Below are positions 39,681-49,765 of a stretch of 64,000 nucleotides of DNA, piece by piece. Under the pieces are notes generated by a model. That model searched no databases. It was not told the origin of the DNA and worked only from the letters and a program-made list of their open reading frames with translations. A program made the position numbers and the translations under genes. Position 1 is the first letter of the stretch, and every line of letters begins with the position of its first letter. The DNA is from Haliotis rufescens (taxonomy: Eukaryota), in the NCBI RefSeq assembly GCF_023055435.1, contig NW_025964358.1, forward strand, positions 1,550,001 through 1,614,000, given 5' to 3'.

Positions 39681-40589
39681 CTGAAGAATAAAAAAAACCG
39701 CCATGCACTTGAATATATTTGTGCAATGTTCTGTGAAATGTCAGAATCGTTATATGGCTGTGTATTTTATTGTTAAACAATGATTGTAGCTGTGTTGCAT
39801 TGTTTCTGTTGGGATTCGGTAGACTCTCATTGCATTGTGTTTGGACAGTGATCAGTCGTCAGGGAGTTACTATATTTAGATGCTTGTGTGGTGTGTAAAC
39901 TCATGGTCCGCTATACCGCGGACGGTGTTAGTATGTTATGGCAACTTCTTTAATGTTCTAGTACCGTTAGCCTGGACACTGTATGGATATTTACAGTAGC
40001 TTGTTAGGCTGTATATATAGTGGAACAAGAGCGTGTTTACGGATCTCTCACGCATTTTCATCACATCGGAACCAGCCTTCATGTGAGGATCGCTTATCGT
40101 CCCTGATTCCCTGCCTAGCCAATCTCGGAAGTTTGACTTCTGTCAATGTATCTTATTATCACTGACTTTTGCTATCACATTGGGTTGATTTTTATTTGAT
40201 CCCGACCTCTGCCATCACATGTGTATTGCCATTGAATATTATGCTACCACTCTATTGTGTACTGTTAATTTTTAAAATACATTTGTTGATTGTTAAACCA
40301 TGTGTTGGTTGTTTGTTGGTTTCATACTATGTTCTTTTACGTACAGATTTCTGAGTTAGCGTATTGTTTCAATTTGGGAATCTACACGTAACAAATTCGA
40401 GTTAGATCTCGCAACGTCAATACTGGAATAGCGGTGTGAATTTATATATTTCTTATATTATATATTAACCTATTGGACGTTTTCTTGAGACATTTATACA
40501 GGTGTTTTGTTTTTTTCCGAGAAGCGTTAAAGTCAAGTGTTGGCAATAATTAAAAAACGTGTGCTTGAATTCTTTCTTTTTTCCATCTT

Positions 40590-40772
40590 TCTGACCAGGG
40601 GTTATTCAAAGCGAGCGTATAATCAGGCGGACGTTTGTACAAGGCGATCGGTTATTCAAGGTGGGCCTTTATTCAAAACAGGCGTTTATTCAGCGCGGGT
40701 GTTTATACAAGGTGGACGTTTAAACAAGGCGGGTGTGTATTTTATGCAGGCGTGTATTCGGGGATTTACGGT
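40590..40772. mobile_element. Possible end of a Tc1/pogo-like MITE with ~20-bp subterminal repeats
   Basis: Degenerate repeats of (CAAGGCGGGCGTTTATT) ending in TATTCGGGGATTTACGGT; no partner end found. Confidence 0.3.
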
Positions 40773-41277
40773 CCTATGAAATAACAGTATTCTGAGGGAG
40801 GGAGGAAGCACTGGCATTGCTTAAATCCTGAAGTGGCGTCCTGTCCTCACGCTGGGCAGTTGCATTTGAACAAGGGAGGTAATTGCTGTGGATGTTGAAT
40901 GGTATCTAATGTTATTGGTGTAAATGTTTAATACAGCTCACTTATAACATGCCATTGATGCCAGCCAGTGCTGTTGGGCAGGTTAGACAGATCCCCTATT
41001 GTCAGAATCAATCACGGCCTAATCTCTGGAGCCATTGGTTTGGGGATTTGATTAAGACACGTACAGTGTCAAATTTAAACAGGATTGTTATACCTTGTGC
41101 TAAGTGGCAGTGTGATTCGATTTAGATTTCTGGATTTCATCGCGTGTTTACTCAAGGCATAATAATCCATCACTGGGTGAGTTTTATGAACAAGCGAAGG
41201 AGGAACGGTTATTACACAATACATTTCTCTCCCCTAAAATTAAAACAACTAATTTTCCTGATGCTGATTGCATATGG

Positions 41278-41541
41278 TTGGTTCGTTTGTTGTTTATCGC
41301 CGCACTCAGCAATATTCCAGCTATATGACGGCGGTCTGTAAATAATCGAGTCTGGAACAGACAATCCAGTGATTGATATCATGAGCATCGATCCACGCAA
41401 TTGGGTTCGATGACATGCATCAACCGAGTCAGCGAGCCTGACCACCCGGTCCCGTTAGTCGCCTTTTACGACAAGCATAGTCACCTTCACGGCAAACATG
41501 GGTTGCTGAAGACCTATTCTACCCCGGAATCTTCACGGGTC
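41278..41541 (-). mobile_element. Family A full-length copy
   Basis: Full match; probable decayed TSD GATTGCATATGG / GGTTGCTTATGG. Confidence 0.85.
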
Positions 41542-41603
41542 GGTTGCTTATGGAATAGAGCTGGCTAGATTTGTTTCTATATGAAACAAGATTGGTTTTG
41601 TTT

Positions 41604-42022
41604 TAGGGCTGGGGTGGGTAACTCGGGTACTCGGGTCGGGTGGCTAATGAGTAGGACCCGGATACCCACAGGACTACCCGGACCCGTGGTTAGTCACGTG
41701 ATATATTGTTTAAAGATAAAACTTGTCTGGAACTCTATGGTTACACTACAAGTCACTTATGTTCGCAGTTCTTTCTGACAACTACACCCATTCCATCTGA
41801 TTTGTATATGTTTGAATAAAAATAAAACTTCAGTCAACTTCAGTGTATACACCAGATCGTTTTATACGTGTATCTAAACACATTTTGCCAGGACTACGGT
41901 CGAACTTTTCTCAATCTGACAGTTTGCACCTACCTTTTGAGACCTACAGCGCGTATCCGGGTAGGGTCAGGTAATAGGGGGTTGGGTACCCGGGTAGTAA
42001 ATTTGGACTCGTCCCAGCCCTA
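41604..42022. mobile_element. Non-autonomous hAT-type DNA transposon (MITE)
   Basis: TIRs TAGGGCTGGG / CCCAGCCCTA; 8-bp TSD TTTTGTTT / TTTAGTTT; many subterminal ACCCG/CGGGT motifs. An 8-bp TSD with TAGGG ends is typical of hAT elements. Confidence 0.75.
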
Positions 42023-42189
42023 TTTAGTTTTCATAAAATAACTATGGTCCACATTCATGTGGACACGTGAAGTACAGATGTATGGTAAGGTAATGGCAGT
42101 GAATAGCGGACAGGATTCAAACCGGGAGCGTTGAGGCTGCAATACGACTGTGAAGTCACGAGCAGGAGAACTGGTTGTTTGGCAATGTT

Positions 42190-43605
42190 GATGGTGGTTG
42201 TACGCCCCTCCCCGCTTGGTGGTGATAATACGCCCCTTGCTGTTGGGCAGTGATGATACGCCCCTCGCCGCTTGGTGGAGATGATACGCCCCTTCACGCT
42301 ATGCAGTGATGATACGCCCCTCGCCGCTTGGTGGAGATGATACGCCCCTTCACGCTATGCAGTGATGATACGCCCCTCGCCGCTTGGTGGAGATGATACG
42401 CCCCTCCCCGCTATGCAATGATGATACGCCCCTCGCCGCTTGGTGGAGATGATACGCCCCTCCCCGCTATGCAATGATGATACGCCCCTCGCCGCTTGGT
42501 GGTGATAATACGCCCCTAACCGCTATGCAGTGATGATACGCCCCTTGCCGCTTGTTGAAGATGATACGCACCTCCCCGCTTGATTGAGATGATACGCCCC
42601 TCGCCGCTTAGTGGTGATGATGCGCCCCTCTCCGCTTGGAGATGATACGCCCCTCGCCGCTTGATGGTGATGATGCGCCCCTCCCCGCTTGGTGGAGACG
42701 ATGCACCCCTCCCCGCTTGATGGAGATGTTACACCCCTCGCCGTTTGATGGAGATGATACGCCCCTCCCCGCTTAGTGGTGATGATGCGCCCCTCGCCGC
42801 TTGATTGAGATGTTACACCCCTCCCCGCTTAGTGGTGATGATACGCCCCTTCCCGCTTGATGGAAGGGGAATATGATGATACGCCCCTCCCGCTTAGTGG
42901 TGATGATATGCCCCTCCCCGCTTAGTGGTGATGATGCGCCCCTCGCCGCTTGATGGAGATGTTACACCCCTCCCCGCTTGATGGAGATGATGCGCCCCTC
43001 CTGTTTGACGGAGATGATACGCCCCTCCTCGCTTGATAGGTATGATGCGCCCCTCGCCGCTTGATGGAGATGTTACACCCCTCGCCGTTTGATGGTGATG
43101 ATGCGCCCCTCTCCGCTTGGTGGAGATGATGCGCCCCTCCCCGCTTGATGGAGATGATACACCCCTCGCCGCTTAGTGGTGATGGTGCGCCCCTCTCCGC
43201 TTGGAGATGATACGCCCCTCTCTTAGTGGTGAGGATACGCCCCTCCCCACTACGTGGTATTGATATGCCCCTCCCCGCTAAGTGGTGATGATACGCCCCT
43301 TCCCGCTTGATGGAGATGATACGCCCCTCGCCGCTTAGTGGTGATGATGCGCCCCTCTCCGCTTGGAGATGATACGCCCCTCCCCGCTTGATGGAGATGA
43401 TACGCCCCTCCCCGCTTGATGGAGATGATACGCCCCTCCCCGCTTGATGGAGATGATACACCCCTCGCCGCTTAGTGGTGATGATGCGCCCCTCTCCGCT
43501 TGGTGGAGATGATGCGCCCCTCCCCGCTTAGTGGTGAGAATACGCCCCTCTCGTAACCGGTGGTGATGATACGCCCCTCCATGCTTGATAGTGATGATAG
43601 GCCCC
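42190..43605. repeat. 28-bp minisatellite (GATGATACGCCCCTCGCCGCTTGGTGGA)
   Basis: Tandem repetition with a 56-bp dimeric higher order at the left end. Confidence 0.95.
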
Positions 43606-44076
43606 TTAATCAAACATAAAAGTTCACTAACCCATAGGTCATTGGTCAGTATAATTAGAACGTGGAAGATGAACCACTCCAGTTCCACAAGTCAAGCCAA
43701 TAACCAACGGAGCATGGTTATACCACCACTAGACTTATTACACTGGTGGTCAATTTGGATGTAGGCCAATGGGTACGTAACCTTTCTAATACTACCACTG
43801 TCCTTTGTCGACAGGTATTTAATAATAATTAACTTGTTTTCATCGCAATATGGCTGCAATATTGCCGATGCGATGTTAAATTTTATCTCACTCACTCTAA
43901 TACTACCACATGAGACAGTATTTCACCCCAGCTATTTTTCTGGGGCAAGACAGGTAATGTCAGTACGCACAATTGGGGAAGATTTGCTTATGGTCTATTT
44001 TTCTCTAAGAGTTGGACAAATATGATGTTATCGGCCAGTTTGTCTCAGCTTCTGATCGTCTTTCTGTAACCTATGA

Positions 44077-44427
44077 GGTGAGGTGAAATGGGGTTTAACG
44101 TCGCGTCCAAGGTTATTGCACTTATATAGCGACGTGCATGTACGTGTGTGTGTTTGTGTGGCTGCTTGTACTAGTCCGGACTGATGCCGATTTATAGTGC
44201 TAGCTCACTGAGATACCATGCCTCAGTTTAACATGAATACCCCTCTCAGGCACAGTATGCTGACTCCGAGCCCACCAGTCCTTGTTTTAGCCCCTTAATG
44301 CCGAGCGCCAGACAGGGTAACAACAAGTACAATCTTTTAACGTCTTTTGGTATGACGCGGCCGGGGATCGAACCCCGGAACTTCCGCTCTCCGGGGGGAT
44401 GCTCTACCACTAGACCACGGATGCGGT
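44077..44427 (-). mobile_element. SINE family C full-length copy
   Basis: Colinear with 22278-22634; (CACCT)n tail; TSD CTGTAACCTATGA / CCGTTACCTATGA. Confidence 0.85.
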
Positions 44428-44924
44428 CCGTTACCTATGAACCACAGATACGTTTGTTTGCTTGTTTGTTTGTTTGTTTGTTTACCGCCGTGGTCATCAA
44501 TATTCGAGCCATATGAATGCAGTCTGTAAATAATCGAATCTGGATCAGACAATCTATATATTATGGAATATTTGAGGACACCCACCCGGGACTTCCAAAT
44601 CAATCAGCCAATCGTGGAGTCTTTATACTTTGAAGAGCAGTATATCTGATTTCTTGATCTCAAAACCGATTTAAACATCAAGTTCTTAATGCAGATAAAT
44701 AAGGCCGCGCTGTTTATTGTTGGGTATATACCCTATTGTTTCTAAGGGTCATGGCACCTACACTCAAAGGGGAGTACCTTCGAATGAATAATTGTGGTCT
44801 GTGTGGGTTTTTACTTGTGCAAACCGAAATTTCCGTTTGCTTAGGGTTCACCTGACGCATCTTCCCGAGGCAAGGGAGTTAATTTTTAAAGTCAGTTAAC
44901 TCCCCTGCACCTGACGCGACCTTC

Positions 44925-45180
44925 TATGTTTGGTTGTTTGTTGTTTAACGCCACACTCAGCAATATTCCAGCTATATGACGGCGGCCTGTAAATAATCGA
45001 GTCTGGACCAGACAATTCAGTGATCTACACACCTGGGATGCGATGACATGCATTAACCAAGTCAGCGAGCCTGACCACCCGATCCCGTTAGTCGCCTCTT
45101 ACGACAAGCATAGTCGACAAGCATAGTCGGCCCTTACTACAAGCCTGGGTTGCTGAAGACCAATTCCACCCCGGAATCTG
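44925..45180 (-). mobile_element. Family A copy
   Basis: Colinear match to the consensus. A further tail fragment lies at ~44450-44560. Confidence 0.8.
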
Positions 45181-45189
45181 TCCCGGAGA

Positions 45190-47110
45190 CAGAATGTAAC
45201 AGAACGTAACAGAATGTGCGACAAAATGTAACAGAATGTATGACGGGATTGAGACAGAATTTGTGACGGAATGTGACAGAATGCGTGAATGTGACACAAT
45301 GCATGACGGAATGTGTGATAGAATGTGCACCTGAATGTGTGACAGAATGTGTGACGAGATACGTGACAGAATGCATGACGGAATGTGTGACAGAATGTGT
45401 CAAGGAATGTGAGACAGAACGTAACAGAATGTAGCAGAATGAGTAACAGAATGTATGACAGAAAGTGAGACAGAATGTGTAACAGAATGTGAGACAGAAT
45501 GTGTGACAGAATGTGAGACAGAATGTGTAACAGAATGTGTGACAGATTGTGAGACAGAATGTGTAACAGAATGTGTAACAGAATGTGTGACAGAATGTGT
45601 GACAGAATCTGTAACAGAAAGTGAGACAGAATCTGTAACAGAATGTGTGACAGACTGTGTCAAGGAATGTGAGACAGAACGTAACAGAATGTAACAGAAT
45701 GTAAAAGAATGTAAAAGAATGAGTAACAGAATGTGAGACAGAATGTGTAACAGAATGTGTGGTAGAATGTGAGACAGAATGTGAGACAGAATGTGTGACA
45801 GAATGTATGACAGAATGTGAGACAGAATGTGTGACAGAATGTATGACAGAATGTGAGACAGAATGTGAGACAGAATGTGTAACAGAATGTATGACAGAAT
45901 GTTTAACAGAATGTATGACAGAATGTTTAACAGAATGTGTGGTAGAATGTGAGACAGAATGTATGACAGAATGTTTAACAGAATATGTGACAGAATGTGT
46001 GGTAGAATGTGAGGCAGAATGTGAGACAGAATGTGTGACAGAATGTGAGACAGAATGTGCAACAGAATTTGAGACAGAATGTGAGACAGAATGTGTAACA
46101 GAATGTATGACAGAATGTTTAACAGAATGTATGACAGAATGTTTAACAGAATGTGTGGTAGAATGTGAGACAGAATGTATGACAGAATGTTTAACAGAAT
46201 ATGTGACAGAATGTGTGGTAGAATGTGAGGCAGAATGTGAGACAGAATGTGTGACAGAATGTGAGACAGAATGTGCAACAGAATTTGAGACAGTGAGTGA
46301 GTGAGTATGGTTTTACGCCGCTTTTAGCAATATTCCAGCAATATCACGGCGGGGGACACCAGAAATGGGCTTCACACATTGTACCCATGTCGGGAATCGA
46401 ACCCGGGTCTTCGGCGTGACGAGCGAACGCTTTAACCACTGGGCTACCCGACCGCCCCGAATTTGAGACAGAATGTGAGACAGAATGTGTAACAGAATGT
46501 ATGACAGAATGTTTAACAGAATGTATGACAGAATGTTTAACAGAATGTGTGGTAGAATGTGAGACAGAATGTATGACAGAATGTTTAACAGAATATGTGA
46601 CAGAATGTGTGGTAGAATGTGAGGCAGAATGTGAGACAGAATGTGTGACAGAATGTGAGACCGAATGTGAGACAGAATGTGAGAAAGAATGTGTGACAGA
46701 ATGTGTAACAGAATATGTGACAGAATGTGTGAAATAATGTGAGACAGAATATGTGACAGAATGTGTGAAATAATGTTAGACAGAATATGTGACAGAATAT
46801 GTGTGAATTAATGTGAGATAGAATGTGTGACAATGAGAGACAGATTGTAACAAATTGCGTGACAAAAAGTAAGTGAATGTGATAGAAGAGACACAGTGTG
46901 TCACAGAATTGACCAGAACGTAAATATGTGACACAAAGTGATAGAAGGTTAAAGAATCTGTGACAGAAGATACAATGTGTGAAAGAAGGTTACAGAATCT
47001 GTGACAGAAGATACAATGTGTGAAAGAAGGTTACAGAATCTGTGACAATAGGTAACAAAATATGAGACAGGATGTAACATGATGTGGGACAGAATGTGTC
47101 AAACAGAATG
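45190..47110. repeat. 12-bp satellite (GAATGTGTGACA) with a 216-bp higher-order unit, interrupted by SINE B
   Basis: Tandem repetition; the GAATTTGAGACA variant recurs at 46065 and 46281. Confidence 0.9.
46294..46458 (-). mobile_element. tRNA-derived SINE family B (~165 bp), young copy inserted in the 12-bp satellite
   Basis: On -: GGGGCGG..TAGCCCAGTGG (A box), GTC anticodon-like loop, GGTTCGATTCC (B box), (ACTC)n tail. Perfect 13-bp TSD GAATTTGAGACAG (46281-46293 / 46459-46471). Confidence 0.9.
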
Positions 47111-47313
47111 TGTTGTAGAATTTATGCTACAATGTAACCTTCTATACATATGTTTCAAAATGAGTGATTGAATTAAACGAAATCTGACGTTTTGAAACAG
47201 AATGTGAGATAGATTGTTGCTGAACTGTACTTTTATTTACACCCAGTCCGCTTTCGGTGGTAATCAGCGGTACAAAAAAAATCAGCAACATAATACATAC
47301 GCATATCTAATAG

Positions 47314-47478
47314 TGAGTGAGTGAGTATGGTTTTACGCCGCTTTTAGCAATATTCAAGCAATATCACGGCGGGGGACACCAGAAATGGGCTTCACACATT
47401 GTACCCATGTCGGGAATCGAACCCGGGTCTTCAGCGTGACGAGCGAACGCTTTAACCACTAGGCTACCCGACCGCCCC
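47314..47478 (-). mobile_element. SINE family B copy
   Basis: Nearly identical to 46294-46458; imperfect TSD ATATCTAATAG / ATCTCTAATAG. Confidence 0.9.
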
Positions 47479-47759
47479 AAATCTCTAATAGATACAAAAA
47501 CATCTTTGCCGAGCATGAATGCATATGTATACAGATTCACAAGGTAGCAATATATGTGCAATTCAATAAGTGGGTGGGTTACTTGATAGGTTTAAAAAAT
47601 GACATGATGATTCTGTTAAAGGCATTTAACAGAATATGTTGCAAACTGTGTGATACAGGTATACCAGGGTAGCCTAATCAAAACGCGGTTTCTTAAGGGG
47701 GTCTATACTCCCAATCTCCCAATCTGCACATATCTCGGTATATTTAAAGCAACAGTTAA

Positions 47760-47939
47760 TTTTGTTTGTTGTTTCACGCCGCACTTAGCAATTCTACATC
47801 TATCTGACAGGGGCATACCGAGTCATGACCAGACCATACAGTGATTGGTATTATGACCAACGGGCAATCGACAAAGTCACTGAGGTCGATCCAAGAGAGT
47901 TCGCCTCTTACGACCAGCCTGCAAGAGACTTATTCTAAC
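47760..47939 (-). mobile_element. Highly degenerate family A copy
   Basis: TTGTTTCACGCCGCACTTAGCAAT ... CGCCTCTTACGAC ... TATTCTAACC remain recognisable. Confidence 0.5.
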
Positions 47940-47942
47940 CTG

Positions 47943-48049
47943 TGCCCACTTGCACAAGGCGATCTTAGCGCTACGCCAAGGGTAAGCTTATGTTAAAGTA
48001 TGGGAGTTACGATCATCTTAGCGCTAAGATCGCTTTATGTAAGACGGCC
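47943..48049. mobile_element. Small MITE, possibly PIF/Harbinger-type
   Basis: ~30-bp imperfect inverted termini with a perfect core GCGATCTTAGCGCTA / TAGCGCTAAGATCGC; flanked by CTG / CAG. Confidence 0.55.
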
Positions 48050-48390
48050 CAGGTGTCCCCTTGGGGTTAAATAATCACTGCTAGGTTCACATAACCTCAT
48101 CAAACCTCAGCACACAAAACAAGCAGGTTGGAATGTCTTAACAACTGCCTACGTGTTTGTGTAACCCCGTAAGGCGTTACTGAAATAGTTCTAATTCCCC
48201 CATAGATAACATTTGTTTAAATGTAATTTCCTTGCATTCGGGTTAACAATAATTGTAAACCACCCCACAAGGGTTACAATCATTGTAAATCCTCTATGGG
48301 GAATTACAAACACTTCTGTACTTTTTTTGTTCTTTTTTTATTGTGGATGACGGCAATTGGACCTGTAATCTCACCTTTCGTGCTTAGTTT

Positions 48391-48559
48391 TGTAACCCAC
48401 TGTTTTCCCACTGAGCCACCAGGGCTGGTGATGGAATGTTCAATTTTACATGCCATGACTCCATGTCTTGGTATGTAACCCACTGTTTTCCCACTGAGCA
48501 GCCGGGGCAGGTGATGGAATGTTCAATTTTACATGCTATGACTCCATGCCTCGGTATGT
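48391..48559. repeat. 83-bp tandem duplication (2 copies)
   Basis: TGTAACCCACTGTTTTCCCACTGAGC... at 48391 and 48474. Confidence 0.85.
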
Positions 48560-49589
48560 TCCAAGGGTTTAAAATCTGAAGTAATCCCAAGGAGAAGTGG
48601 TTTCTCCTTTACGTAAATTAAACTGCCAAGGGCATACATTTTTCCGGAACTATGTCCCCCTTTAAATGTGGGAGTGTAATCTCATCATCCTGAAATGTAG
48701 TAGAGTTTATTATTACATACATATGACGATATCACCTGTCGCTGGAAGGTGCGTGTGGCAGAAAGGTAATACCTTGACACGTGACGTGTGGTCTGTCCCA
48801 CCCTCCCCGTGTAAGGCGCGTGGGTGAGCAGGAAGATGAGGGGGAGATACAACTTCGACTTTCGTGTATTACAGTCAGAAACACATAGACAATTTAATTA
48901 CGAGATAGGACTAGAAAATCGATAAGTCATATGCTGGTGTCCGCACACGGTGATCTAGCGAAGGTATACCTCATCGGTGAGACATTACATTACATTAACA
49001 AGGCCCAATGTCATCGGGCGATGGATAGTATTCCTTGTCAATACGCCAGGAGTTGTTCTTGGAATATTAGTAACTATTTTGAAAGACCTTTAATGGTAAA
49101 TTCACATCTGGTTATTCAATAGCGGCTCCGTGGTTGTTGATGACGTCACAAATAACTCTGTTGCCATGTTTGAGTCATGACTAGCGACATACATGCATCA
49201 AATGCGTGACGTCATCATGACGTCACCTTGCTATGTTGAAGACACCGTTGGTGCAGACAAAGCGTGTCTTATAACATTGTTTGTCTAAAGTGGTAGCGGA
49301 AAGGATTGTGCATCGTGAAGGTCAGGTGGATTATATGTTGTGTTGTCATCAGAAACGCAAAATAAATTTTACAATGAAGATCGAGGAAGTACGTCAATGT
49401 TATGCCGCTTGTGGTTTTCCGAACCCACACTCGACTATTTGTAGGCTGTCGTGAATATATCTGTCACAGTGTGCCTTTTGTACCTTCATATTAAGAAATT
49501 ATCGATATTTGATTCAACAATAGTGTACTATTATTAGGTCCGTGCCCACTTCAGTCTATCATATATTGGCTCTGCTTCTTTGACAATTA

Positions 49590-49765
49590 GAGGATTCCGG
49601 GGTAGAATAGGTCTTCAGCAACCCATGCTTGCAAATGATTGATCTCAATTGCCTGGATCGATGCTCATGATGTCAGTAACTGGATTGTCTGGTCCAGATT
49701 ATTTTACAGACCCCCGTCATATAGCTTGAATATTGCAGAGTGCGGCGTGAAACAACAAACAATCA
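49590..49765 (+). mobile_element. Family A copy with internal deletion
   Basis: GATTCCGGGGTAGAATAGGTCTTCAGCAACCCATGCTTG ... GAGTGCGGCGTGAAACAACAAAC. Confidence 0.8.

Noticed and set aside
46380-46458. tRNA-Asp(GTC) gene
   Set aside because: The acceptor stem does not close, and it is followed by a SINE body, tail and TSD; it is a SINE head.
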